From positions 1-64,000 of the forward strand of contig CAWDDT010000005.1 of assembly GCA_963801165.1 (NCBI GenBank): a stretch of 64,000 bases of DNA, read 5' to 3'. The stretch is from an uncultured bacterium (GTDB taxonomy: Bacteria; Actinomycetota; Acidimicrobiia; Spongiisociales; UBA5794). The notes under the pieces were generated by a model. The model did no database searches and was not told the origin of the DNA. It saw nothing but the letters and a program-made list of their open reading frames with translations. Below are positions 28,185 to 37,541 of the stretch, one piece after another (positions within the stretch are counted from its first letter, which is position 1; every line of letters starts with the position of its first letter). A program made the translations under genes and the position numbers.

Positions 28185-29876
28185 CTAAGCGGAGCGCGCT
28201 TGCTCGGCCGCAACCGGTCTCGGGAGTTCCAGCGTGAACACGCTCTCGCCATCATGCCGATACGTCAGCTCGCCACCCATGGCCCTGGCAAGCTCACGCG
28301 AGACCGTCAGCCCGAGACCCGCCGACGTCGTCATCCCGGGTGTCTGCCGAGCCCGGTAGTAGCGCTCGAAGACCCGGCCGGCCTCTTCGTCGGCGATCCG
28401 CTCCCCGCCGTCACGAACCTCGACCCAGACCCCGTCATCTGTGCCGAACACCACAACCCGGATCGGTTCGGTTCCGTAGCGCTTGGCGTTGACCAGGAGA
28501 TTGCGCAGAATCTGCCTCACCCTCCCTGAGTCGGCGTGGACGATCGGCACGACTCCGATTGTGTGACAATCCACTTCCTGCTCGACGTCGAGACCACGCA
28601 GCGTGGCCCTGACCTCCAAGTGCAGGTCAACCGGTGCCATTGCCACCTGCAACGTGCCGGATTCGGCGCGGGCCGCGACGAGCAGGTCATCGACTATGGT
28701 CGCTGCCTCCATGCTCTGGTCGGCGATCATCTGGAGTAACTCTCTGATCTCGTGCTCCCCAAAGTCCTCGAAGTGGTCGTTCAGCTCGGAGGACAGACCA
28801 ACGACGGTTGTCAGCGGTGTGCGCAGTTCGTGGCTGACTGTTGCAATCAGCTCGTCCTTGGAACGGAGGGACTGCTCGATCCGTCGCCTCGTGTTGTGCA
28901 TCTCGCTCACGTCGATCACCGAGACAATTACCCGGCTCAAATCGGGCTCGCCGAGACGCTGCTGAACGACCCAGTGCAGAAGGCCTTCGATGGTGTTGCC
29001 CTTCACTGTGTAACCCTGGTGGACTTCGACCGTCACCTGGTCCTGGCCGGTCCAGATCGCCTCGAACTGGGCGACCATAGAGGGCAATGAGTCCTCAGGA
29101 AAGGTCTCCGGTCGCAACCGGCCGACGAGATCGCCCGGATCATCGACCTCGAGGAACCGCGCCGCTTCACGATTGACGCGGATAACTTCAATGAGCCCCA
29201 TGCCGTCGCGGAGAGCGGACGGATTGGCAGCGAGGTAGCCTCTGAGGTCGACCACACCCCGGGTGCGAAGCCTGGCGAGCCACTCGCCAACCTTCGAAAA
29301 GTCCTCCTCCCATAGCGAGACTGGCGCCCTCTCGAACAGATTGAGGAAGCGGCCTGCCGAATCGAGAAACCGGTTGCGGATCCAGTGGGTCCCGATCGCC
29401 CCGGTCAGGAAAGCGGATACAACCACCGCAGCATCGAGAGACGCGGCTACACCCCGGCCCGTCTCGATCAAGGTCGCCACGACCAACATCGCCGAGTATG
29501 CGACGACGAATATCCGTGTCCGCTCGCGAATAAACGCTACGGTCACGATGCCCGCAAATACCAGCCCCAGTAGCGAGAACAGCCGGACAGGCTCTAGATC
29601 CGTCAGCTCGCCTACCACAACGAGACAGGGATAGGCGGGCAGAAGGGCGACTACCGCGCGTTCCCGCGCCGAAACAACCTGCCATAGCGATGCGAGTGCC
29701 AGCGCCAGCGAGCCCAACGTTCCGGCGAGCATGGCGGGATCGCGTCCTATCAGCCAGATGCACCCGGCTACGAGGCCGGCGACGGTCGCTGCAAACAGAA
29801 GCAGACGCACAAATGGCGCCTCCATATCGGCGATGAGCAACGGTCCTGTGGACGGTCCCCTCTGAAATAGACTCAT
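28185..29876 (-). CDS. Orphan multi-TM, PAS-like sensor histidine kinase
   Basis: About 6 TMs, LFERAPVSLWEEDFS PAS-like segment, SHELRTP, NLLVNA and GLGL. Confidence 0.9.
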   Translation of the reverse strand: MSLFQRGPSTGPLLIADMEAPFVRLLLFAATVAGLVAGCIWLIGRDPAMLAGTLGSLALALASLWQVVSARERAVVALLPAYPCLVVVGELTDLEPVRLFSLLGLVFAGIVTVAFIRERTRIFVVAYSAMLVVATLIETGRGVAASLDAAVVVSAFLTGAIGTHWIRNRFLDSAGRFLNLFERAPVSLWEEDFSKVGEWLARLRTRGVVDLRGYLAANPSALRDGMGLIEVIRVNREAARFLEVDDPGDLVGRLRPETFPEDSLPSMVAQFEAIWTGQDQVTVEVHQGYTVKGNTIEGLLHWVVQQRLGEPDLSRVIVSVIDVSEMHNTRRRIEQSLRSKDELIATVSHELRTPLTTVVGLSSELNDHFEDFGEHEIRELLQMIADQSMEAATIVDDLLVAARAESGTLQVAMAPVDLHLEVRATLRGLDVEQEVDCHTIGVVPIVHADSGRVRQILRNLLVNAKRYGTEPIRVVVFGTDDGVWVEVRDGGERIADEEAGRVFERYYRARQTPGMTTSAGLGLTVSRELARAMGGELTYRHDGESVFTLELPRPVAAEQARSA

Positions 29877-29883
29877 ATGCTCT

Positions 29884-29891
29884 CTGTCGGC
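29884..29891 (-). promoter_or_regulatory. Possible sigma28-type -10 element before the orphan kinase
   Basis: GCCGACAG 7 nt upstream of ATG 29876; the -35 is poor. Confidence 0.35.
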
Positions 29892-29903
29892 ACTCCCGTC
29901 ACA

Positions 29904-29939
29904 ACAATCAAGCCATTGTCCACAATCAGGCCCTTGTCC
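29904..29939. repeat. 18-bp tandem duplication in the divergent kinase/nfnAB promoter region
   Basis: ACAATCAAGCCATTGTCC then ACAATCAGGCCCTTGTCC (16/18 identical). Confidence 0.8.
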
Positions 29940-30013
29940 GTGGAGAAGGGCCTAGTACGTTCGGGCCGAAGTGCCCTTGTGACTAATGGCGGCCTCGGCC
30001 ACGGTGTTACCAG

Positions 30014-30853
30014 ATGTTCCGCATCGCCGAGAGCAAGTTCATAGCACCGGAGGTCAAGCGCTTCCAGGTTGAGGCACCCCACGTTGCCAGCCATTGGCGC
30101 GCCGGCCAGTTCGTCATCCTCCGGGTCGACGAAAACGGAGAGCGCATCCCGCTCACGGTGGCCGCAGCCGACACGGATCGGGGCATCATCACCCTGTTCG
30201 TGCAGGGCATCGGCAAGACGACTCGACTCCTCAACACGAAGGAGTCGGGTGACGACCTGGCAGGCGTCGCCGGGCCGCTTGGCAAGCCGTCCGAGATCGA
30301 ACGCTACGGAACGGCAGTCGTGGCCGGCGGCGGCGTCGGCACCGCGATCGCCTACCCCGTCGTCGCCGCGTTGCGTGAGGCGGGGAATCGGGTGATCGCG
30401 GTTGTCGGAGGCCGCAGCCGCGAATATGTACTGCTCGAGGACGAGATAAAGGCGACCGGCGCCGAGTTCGTCGCCTGCACCGACGACGGTTCGTACGGCC
30501 GGCACGGGTTCGTCACGGAGGCTCTTGCCGACACCATCAGCCGCGATCATGTCGACGTAGTGTTCGCGGCCGGGCCGGTGCCGATGATGCGGGCGGTGGC
30601 CGAGGTAACCCGTCCCGCCGGCATCCGCACCATTGCCTCTCTCAATCCGATCATGGTGGACGGAACCGGGATGTGCGGTGGTTGCCGCGTCGCAGTCGGC
30701 GGGGAGACGTTGTTTGCCTGTGTCGACGGCCCGGAATTCGATGCCCACCTCGTCGACTTCGACCTGCTGGCCCGGCGCAACCAGGCGTATCTCGACTTCG
30801 AACGAGATCGGTTGCAGACCTTCGACCGTGGATGCCGGGCGGAGCCGCGATGA
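30014..30853 (+). CDS. nfnA: Electron-bifurcating transhydrogenase small subunit (NfnA/SudB type)
   Basis: GERIPLT, GPLG, AGGGVG and the [2Fe-2S] motif DGTGMCGGC...CVDGPEF. Confidence 0.88.
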   Translation: MFRIAESKFIAPEVKRFQVEAPHVASHWRAGQFVILRVDENGERIPLTVAAADTDRGIITLFVQGIGKTTRLLNTKESGDDLAGVAGPLGKPSEIERYGTAVVAGGGVGTAIAYPVVAALREAGNRVIAVVGGRSREYVLLEDEIKATGAEFVACTDDGSYGRHGFVTEALADTISRDHVDVVFAAGPVPMMRAVAEVTRPAGIRTIASLNPIMVDGTGMCGGCRVAVGGETLFACVDGPEFDAHLVDFDLLARRNQAYLDFERDRLQTFDRGCRAEPR

Positions 30854-32301
30854 GCGAGCCACTCAGCAAGAGGGAGCGGATGAAGCTCGACAGGGTCGCC
30901 ATGCGCGAGCGTGACGCAACCGAGCGGGCTCGATCCTTCTCGGAGGTCAATCTGGGATTCACAGCCGAGATGGCCAAGCTGGAGGCGATGCGCTGTCTCG
31001 AGTGCGCCAGGCCAAAGTGTGTCGAAGGGTGTCCGGTGGGCGTTCATATCGACGAGTTTGTCGGCCATGTGGCTAGCGGTGACATCGAAGCTGCGGCGCG
31101 TGTCATCCAGCACGACAACCTGCTGCCCGCCATCTGCGGCAGGGTCTGCCCCCAGGAGAACCAATGCGAGGGCGCGTGCGTGCTGGTCAAAAAGGGCCGG
31201 CCTCTCGCCATCGGCCATTTGGAGCGATACGTGGCGGACTACATCCGCGACGAGGGTCTCCGGTTGGTCGCCGGCCCCACCGATACCACCGGGCGCCGGG
31301 TCGCCATCGTCGGCAGTGGGCCTTCCGGCCTGGCCTGCGCCGGTGACTTGATCCAATCGGGCCACACCGTCACCGTCTATGAGGCGCTGCACGAGCCCGG
31401 CGGCGTACTCGTCTACGGCATTCCCGAGTTCCGGCTTCCCAAGGAGATCGTCAGCGCGGAGATCGCAGGTCTCGAGGAGCTCGGCGTGCGTTTCGAGATG
31501 AACGCCATCGTCGGAAGGACCCATACTCTCACCGAGCTGCTTGCCGAGAACGATGCCGTGTTCATCGGCGTTGGGGCGGGGCTACCGCGCTTTCTCGACA
31601 TCCCGGGCGAGAACCTGATCGGGGTCTACTCGGCGAACGAGTTCCTCACCAGAGTCAACCTCATGAAGGCATATCTGGCGACGAGCGACACGCCCGTGCT
31701 CGACGTCAGGGACAGGCGGGTCGTCGTCTTTGGTGGCGGGAACACAGCCATGGATGCCGCCAGGACTTCGCAGCGGCTCGGTGCTGGTGACGTCCGGATC
31801 CTCTATCGCCGCACCGAGCAAGAGATGCCTGCCCGACGGGAAGAGGTGAGACACGCCCGCGAGGAGGGGATCAACTTCGACTTTCTCGTGTCGCCGACGG
31901 ACTTGTTCGGGACCGACGGCGTGCTCACCGGGCTCACCCTGCAAGAGATGGAACTCGGCGAGCCCGACGATTCGGGACGCCGCCGCCCTCACCCCGTCGC
32001 AGGTGCCATCCGCACACTCGACGCAGATCTGGCCATCGTGGCCATCGGCAACGGAGCCAACCCGCTGCTCCTGTCGACGGTTCCGGAGCTCGAACGCACC
32101 CGGTGGGGAACGATTGCCGTCGACGAAGCCACCGGTAGGACCAGCATGCCCGGGGTCTTTGCCGGGGGTGACATCGTTACCGGCGGCGCCACGGTCATTC
32201 TCGCCATGGGTGCGGGGCGACGCTCCGCAGCCTCCATCGAAGACTGGCTACAGGACCCGACTTGGGAAACGGCGGATCCCGAGGAGATCGCCCCGGCATA
32301 G
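30850..32301 (+). CDS. nfnB: Electron-bifurcating transhydrogenase large subunit (NfnB/SudA, GltD-like)
   Basis: RCLECARPKCVEGCP, CGRVCPQENQCEGAC, GSGPSG, GGGNTAMD and YRR; ATGA overlap with nfnA; no gltB nearby. Confidence 0.88.
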   Translation: MSEPLSKRERMKLDRVAMRERDATERARSFSEVNLGFTAEMAKLEAMRCLECARPKCVEGCPVGVHIDEFVGHVASGDIEAAARVIQHDNLLPAICGRVCPQENQCEGACVLVKKGRPLAIGHLERYVADYIRDEGLRLVAGPTDTTGRRVAIVGSGPSGLACAGDLIQSGHTVTVYEALHEPGGVLVYGIPEFRLPKEIVSAEIAGLEELGVRFEMNAIVGRTHTLTELLAENDAVFIGVGAGLPRFLDIPGENLIGVYSANEFLTRVNLMKAYLATSDTPVLDVRDRRVVVFGGGNTAMDAARTSQRLGAGDVRILYRRTEQEMPARREEVRHAREEGINFDFLVSPTDLFGTDGVLTGLTLQEMELGEPDDSGRRRPHPVAGAIRTLDADLAIVAIGNGANPLLLSTVPELERTRWGTIAVDEATGRTSMPGVFAGGDIVTGGATVILAMGAGRRSAASIEDWLQDPTWETADPEEIAPA

Positions 32302-32347
32302 CCAGCGTCGCCGTGGTGCGAATACAATCGACGGAGATGGGTGTGAC

Positions 32348-33226
32348 ATGACCGGATTGTTTGTAGACATGCTCGGGGCGGGCAGGGTCCTCATTGCCGA
32401 CGGCGGCATGGGCACCCTCCTGCTGGAGCGAGGGCTGAAACGAGGCCAGTGCCCGGAGCTGCTCAACGTTGAGCAGGCACAGCTCATTGCCGATATCCAC
32501 CGCCAGTACGTCGACGCCGGAGCCGACATCATCCTCACCAACACATTTGGAGGGACCGCACCCCGACTCGAGAATTTCGGGCTGAGTGATCGGGTCCGTG
32601 AGCTCAATGCGGCAGGTGCCGCTATCGCCCGCGAAGCGGCAGCCGCGGCGGGCCGACCGGTGGCGGTCGCAGGCAGCATGGGACCGATAGGCGAGATGTT
32701 CGCACCCTTCGGCCCGCTCGATCCGAAGCGGGCTATCGAGGCGTTCGGGGAACAGGCCGGAGCGCTGGCGGAAGCCGGGGTTGACGCACTGTGGATCGAG
32801 ACAATGTCGTCGCTGGACGAATTGGACGCGGCTTTCACGGCCGCAGCGGGCACCGGTCTACCCACCGTGGCCACGATGAGCTTCGACACACACGGCAGGA
32901 CGATGATGGGCGTTGGCCCTTCTCAGCTGGGCGAGTGGGCCGGCCGCCAGACGGAGGCTCCCGCGGCGATCGGGGCAAATTGCGGCGTGGGTCCGAGCGA
33001 CGTGGTGGCCGCGGTCGAGGCGATGGCTGCAACCGGCATTGCCACGGTGGCCAAAGCCAACTGCGGGCTACCCCGGCTCATCGACGGTGTCGTCCGCTAC
33101 CCGCTGCAACCGACGGACATGCCGGAATACACCGCGGCGGCGCTGGCAGCGGGGGCGCGTATCGTCGGGGCATGCTGCGGCTCAACACCCGCCCACGTCG
33201 CCTCCATAAGAGGTGCCGCCGTCTGA
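32348..33226 (+). CDS. Stand-alone homocysteine S-methyltransferase domain (Bmt / split MetH type)
   Basis: DGGMGT, AGADIILTNTFG, IETM, and Zn ligands GANCG and GACCG. Confidence 0.88.
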   Translation: MTGLFVDMLGAGRVLIADGGMGTLLLERGLKRGQCPELLNVEQAQLIADIHRQYVDAGADIILTNTFGGTAPRLENFGLSDRVRELNAAGAAIAREAAAAAGRPVAVAGSMGPIGEMFAPFGPLDPKRAIEAFGEQAGALAEAGVDALWIETMSSLDELDAAFTAAAGTGLPTVATMSFDTHGRTMMGVGPSQLGEWAGRQTEAPAAIGANCGVGPSDVVAAVEAMAATGIATVAKANCGLPRLIDGVVRYPLQPTDMPEYTAAALAAGARIVGACCGSTPAHVASIRGAAV

Positions 33227-33308
33227 TCGACGGTAGATCTCGACAACACCCCTGCGGGGAGTCTTCTGCGACCTTCACGCCTGTCCGGCGGGCCAATATG
33301 ATGTGCGT

Positions 33309-34331
33309 ATGCCGGCGAACGTGACGCCCGATTACAAGGCCGCCGAGGTAGCGTTCCGGAAGGCGCGCGATCCGGAGGAGCGGCTCACGTGTCTGCGCGA
33401 GATGCATCGCACCATCCCAAAACACAAGGGTACCGAGCACATCCGCGCCGATATCAAGACCCGCATCAAGGAGATCACCGACGCACTCGCGGGACCGAAA
33501 AAGGGAGCGACTCGCACCGGGCCTGCCACGGTCGTTCGACCCGACGGTGCCGCTCAGGTGGCACTCCTCGGACCACCGAACAGTGGCAAGTCGGCGCTCC
33601 ACTCGCGTCTGACCGGATCGCATTCGCACTCTGAGCCATACCCGTTCGCCACCCAATACCCGAAGCCGGGAATGATGCCGGTCGACGACATATATCTCCA
33701 GCTCGTCGACCTCCCGTCTCTGGCCCCGGAGCATCCGATTGCGTGGATCGGAAACGCTCTTCAGCCGGCGGACTGCTGCCTGCTCGTCGTCGACCTGGCC
33801 CACCCCGGGACAATCGACCGGATCGGTGCGCTCCACGAGCTGCTCGCCGCGCGGCGGGTCCATCTGGTCGATCGCTGGCCCTGCCACGGCGACACAGCCA
33901 CGGCGATTGCCGATCCCGACCCATTTGCCGTGTATCTGCCCACGGTGCTCGTCGTCAACAAGATCGATCTCGAGCCCGACTTCCACGACGACGTGGAGGT
34001 CTTCGAAGATCTGACCGGATATACGTACCCGTACCTCGGCGTTTCGGCGGCAACCGGTGTGGGTCTAGACGATCTCGGCAAGTGGCTCGTCGACCACCTG
34101 GATGTGGTGCGCGTCTATACCAAGGTTCCGGGCACGGAGGCCGATTTGACCCGGCCTTTCACCGTGCGGCGTGGACAGACAGTCCACGATGTAGCCCGGC
34201 TCGTTCACAAGGACGTCGCCCGCACCCTGAAGTACGCACGGGTTTGGGGCCCGGCGTGCTTCGCCGGCCAGCATGTCGGACCGGAGCACGAGGTCGTCGA
34301 CGGCGACATCCTCGAGCTGCATTCGAGCTAG
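33309..34331 (+). CDS. DRG/OBG-family GTPase with C-terminal TGS domain
   Basis: MPANVTPDY, PKHKGTE, GPPNSGKS, YPFAT, NKID and TGS ending DGDILELH; TATGAT 6 nt before ATG. Confidence 0.88.
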   Translation: MPANVTPDYKAAEVAFRKARDPEERLTCLREMHRTIPKHKGTEHIRADIKTRIKEITDALAGPKKGATRTGPATVVRPDGAAQVALLGPPNSGKSALHSRLTGSHSHSEPYPFATQYPKPGMMPVDDIYLQLVDLPSLAPEHPIAWIGNALQPADCCLLVVDLAHPGTIDRIGALHELLAARRVHLVDRWPCHGDTATAIADPDPFAVYLPTVLVVNKIDLEPDFHDDVEVFEDLTGYTYPYLGVSAATGVGLDDLGKWLVDHLDVVRVYTKVPGTEADLTRPFTVRRGQTVHDVARLVHKDVARTLKYARVWGPACFAGQHVGPEHEVVDGDILELHSS

Positions 34332-34546
34332 CTCGCCCGGCGGTTCACCGCCGAGATCACTGCGTTCTGGATGTCGGACAGCTTCTCCTCCGGCACCCGG
34401 CTACCGAGTTTGTCGGCGAGGAATGCCCGCTGTTCTTCCTCGCTCATTGCGAGAAACTGACGCTTCTGTTCGTTGAGCTTGGCGACACCGACGCCGATGC
34501 CGACGGCGATGGCGAGAATGATCAGCAGTTTCACAAGCTTGGCCAT
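34328..34546 (-). CDS. Small membrane-anchored hypothetical protein
   Basis: Strong RBS AAAAGGAGG, N-terminal TM and helical C-terminus. Confidence 0.7.
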   Translation of the reverse strand: MAKLVKLLIILAIAVGIGVGVAKLNEQKRQFLAMSEEEQRAFLADKLGSRVPEEKLSDIQNAVISAVNRRAS

Positions 34547-34643
34547 GAGGCCTCCTTTTTGCTTCCTCCCGCTACGGTACCGCAGCCGGGACTCAACTTC
34601 GCCTGGTTTCCACGGCCACTCAGTCCGCTACCATCGGCGCGCT

Positions 34644-36467
34644 ATGACCCCACCCTCCTTCCGCAATATTGCATTGATCGCGCACGTCGACCACGGCAAA
34701 ACCACCCTGGTCGACGCCATGCTGCGCGCCGCCGGCGTTTTCGGGGCACATCAGGCCGTCGTCGACCGGGTAATGGACTCCAGCGACCAGGAGCGGGAGC
34801 GGGGAATCACGATCCTGGCGAAAGCGGCATCGATCGAGTGGAAGGGGACCCGGATCAACCTCGTGGACACCCCGGGCCACGCCGACTTCGGTGGTGAGGT
34901 GGAACGGGCCTTGATGCTCGTCGACGGTGTGCTCCTTCTCGTCGACGCGGCCGAGGGTCCGATGCCCCAGACCCGGTACGTGCTGACCAAGGCGCTGGCC
35001 AGGGGCTTGCCCGCCGTCGTGGTGATCAACAAGGTAGACCGGCCCGACGCCCGGATCGACGCGGTCGTCGACGAGGTGTACCAGCTGTTTTTCGATCTCG
35101 ATGCCGAGGATCGCCACATCGAGTTCCCCATCATCTCCTGCATCGCCCGCCAGGGCATCGCGGTGAAAGGAATCGGGATGCCCGATCCCGAATCCGACCT
35201 CAGCCCATTGCTGGACACGATCGTCGCCACCATCCCCGAACCGGCGGGTGATTCCGAGGCGCTACTGCAAGCGATCGTCACCAACCTCGACGCGTCGGAC
35301 TACCTGGGTCGGCTCGCCATCGGCCGGGTGATCCAGGGAACCCTGCATCGCGGCGAGCTGGTGACACTGTGCCACTCGCGCCAGGAAGAGCCACCGCTAC
35401 GGCGGAAGCTGACCCAGCTCATGGGCTTCACCGGTCTGGAGCGGACCGACGTCGACGAGAGGACGGCGGGCGATCTCTTCGTGATTGCCGGGTTCCCCGA
35501 GGTAGAGATCGGCGACACGATCGCCGACGCCGACGACCCTCACCCACTGCCGAGAGTGGAGGTCGACGAGCCTGTCCTACGGATGACGTTCGGCGTCAAC
35601 ACGTCGCCGGTAGCCGGTCGGGAAGGCAAGTTTGTGACCTCGCGCCAGATCCGGGACCGTCTCGAACGCGAGGTTCTCGGCAACGTCTCGATACGGATCG
35701 GCCCCACTGCGTCGCCCGAGATCATCGAGGTGGCGGGACGGGGCGAGCTCCAACTGGCCGTACTCATCGAGTCGATGCGGCGCGAAGGCTACGAGGTGCA
35801 GGTAAGCAGACCCGAGGTCATCATCCGCGAGATCGACGGCAAGCCGCACGAGCCTCTGGAGCGGGCGGTAGTCGACGTGCCCGACGAGTACGTGGGCGTG
35901 ATCACCCAGACCGTCGCCCCGCGCAAGGGCAAGGTCACCGACCTCCGCCCCGGTGATACCGGGCGCACCATCGTGACCCTCGAGGCGCCGGCACGTGGTC
36001 TGCTCGGGTTTCGCTCGCTGCTCATGACGTCGACCCGCGGCACCGCGCTTGTGCACCAGCAACATGCCGGGTGGATGCCGTGGGCGGGCGACCTCCCCCA
36101 CCGCGTCGGCGGAGCGATGATCGCCGACCGGAAGGGCAAGAGCACGGGGTTCGCTCTCGACAACCTCCAACAACGCGGTGAGCTGTTCATCGGGCCTGGT
36201 GTCGAAGTCTACGAGGGGATGGTCATCGGCGAGGCATCGCGACCGCAGAACATGGTTGTCAACCCCACCAAGGGCAAGCAGCTGACCAACATCAGAACCC
36301 ACCAGACCGACGAGGCCATCAAGCTGAAACCTCCACGCGAGCTCACCCTGGAGACGGCGATCGAGTGGATCGCCGCCGACGAGCTCGTCGAAGTGACGCC
36401 CGAGTCGATACGGGTAAGAAAGCGGCTACTTGCCGACAGCGACCGGAAGCATGCCAAGCAGCGCTGA
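34644..36467 (+). CDS. typA: Translational GTPase TypA/BipA
   Basis: RNIALIAHVDHGKTT, ERERGITI, DTPGHADFGGEVER, GRGELQL and DELVEVTP. Confidence 0.96.
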   Translation: MTPPSFRNIALIAHVDHGKTTLVDAMLRAAGVFGAHQAVVDRVMDSSDQERERGITILAKAASIEWKGTRINLVDTPGHADFGGEVERALMLVDGVLLLVDAAEGPMPQTRYVLTKALARGLPAVVVINKVDRPDARIDAVVDEVYQLFFDLDAEDRHIEFPIISCIARQGIAVKGIGMPDPESDLSPLLDTIVATIPEPAGDSEALLQAIVTNLDASDYLGRLAIGRVIQGTLHRGELVTLCHSRQEEPPLRRKLTQLMGFTGLERTDVDERTAGDLFVIAGFPEVEIGDTIADADDPHPLPRVEVDEPVLRMTFGVNTSPVAGREGKFVTSRQIRDRLEREVLGNVSIRIGPTASPEIIEVAGRGELQLAVLIESMRREGYEVQVSRPEVIIREIDGKPHEPLERAVVDVPDEYVGVITQTVAPRKGKVTDLRPGDTGRTIVTLEAPARGLLGFRSLLMTSTRGTALVHQQHAGWMPWAGDLPHRVGGAMIADRKGKSTGFALDNLQQRGELFIGPGVEVYEGMVIGEASRPQNMVVNPTKGKQLTNIRTHQTDEAIKLKPPRELTLETAIEWIAADELVEVTPESIRVRKRLLADSDRKHAKQR

Positions 36468-36542
36468 AGGCCCGTGGAGCCAGCCTCAGAGTGGGGCGAG
36501 CACCATTGATACACTGCGGCACACTCTTCTCAGGAGCTCTCC

Positions 36543-37502
36543 GTGCCGCACCCCGCTGTTTCTTTCAACGATGTTCAAACCGCCGCCGAACAGATCGAGC
36601 CGTTTGTCCATCGCACCCCGGTAGCCACGTCGGCGACACTGAACAGGCAGACCGGCGCCGAGATCTTCTTCAAATGCGAGAACCTGCAGAAAGTAGGTGC
36701 GTTCAAGGCAAGGGGGGCGGTCAACGCAGTCATGTCGCTCGACGACGCCGGTGCGGGCGTGGTGACGCACTCCTCAGGCAACCACGGAGCGGCGCTGGCG
36801 TACGCTGCGTCCATCCGCGGCATCCCCTGCACCGTCGTCATGCCGGAGGACGCCCCCCGGGTCAAGGTCGACGCAGTCCGAGGCTACGGAGCAACCATCG
36901 AGCTCTGCAAGCAGATGGAGCGGGACAGCACGGCCAGGCGGGTCGTCGAAGAGACCGGAGCGACCATGATCCATCCGTTCAACAACGCGGCCGTCATCGC
37001 CGGCCAGGGCACCGCGGCGCTCGAGCTCATCGAGGATGTCGGCGACCTCGACATGGTGATCGCGCCGATTGGAGGGGGCGGTCTCCTCTCCGGTACCGCC
37101 GTCACAACGAGGGCCCTCCTCCCGACCGCACGGGTCATCGGCGCCGAGCCGTTCGAGGTCGACGATGCCTACCGCTCGCTCGAGACGGGGATCATCCAGC
37201 CCCGGGTCGAGGGCCCGAGCACCATCGCCGACGGTCTGCTCACGGCGCTCGGGGATCTCACTTTTGACACGCTGCGGTGGGCAGGCGTGGAGATCGTGAG
37301 GGTCAATGAGGATGCGATCGTCGAGGCGGCGCTGTTCCATCTGCACCGGATGAAGCTACTGGTCGAGCCGTCGGGAGCCACCGGTCTCGCTGCGGTGCGC
37401 GCCCTGGGCAGCACCATCGCCGGCGAGCGCGTCGGCATCATCATCAGTGGCGGCAACACAGACCTGCGCTGGCTCCCCCAACTCAATCCGATTCCGGCGT
37501 AG
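36543..37502 (+). CDS. PLP-dependent serine/threonine dehydratase or serine-racemase-like protein
   Basis: KCENLQKVGAFKARG, HSSGNHG, PIGGGGL, EPSGA and SGGN; no ACT domain. Confidence 0.9.
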   Translation: MPHPAVSFNDVQTAAEQIEPFVHRTPVATSATLNRQTGAEIFFKCENLQKVGAFKARGAVNAVMSLDDAGAGVVTHSSGNHGAALAYAASIRGIPCTVVMPEDAPRVKVDAVRGYGATIELCKQMERDSTARRVVEETGATMIHPFNNAAVIAGQGTAALELIEDVGDLDMVIAPIGGGGLLSGTAVTTRALLPTARVIGAEPFEVDDAYRSLETGIIQPRVEGPSTIADGLLTALGDLTFDTLRWAGVEIVRVNEDAIVEAALFHLHRMKLLVEPSGATGLAAVRALGSTIAGERVGIIISGGNTDLRWLPQLNPIPA

Positions 37503-37541
37503 CGCGCCCCGGGACCCCGGCATTGTCTACGCAAGAAGCGC

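Noticed and set aside
29963-29992. DosR-like boxes upstream of nfnA
   Set aside because: GGGCCGAAGTGCCC and GTGACTAATGGC each miss key consensus positions; too weak at this GC content.
30850-32301. Glutamate synthase small subunit gltD
   Set aside because: No gltB is adjacent and it is coupled to an NfnA-type gene, so NfnB is the better call.
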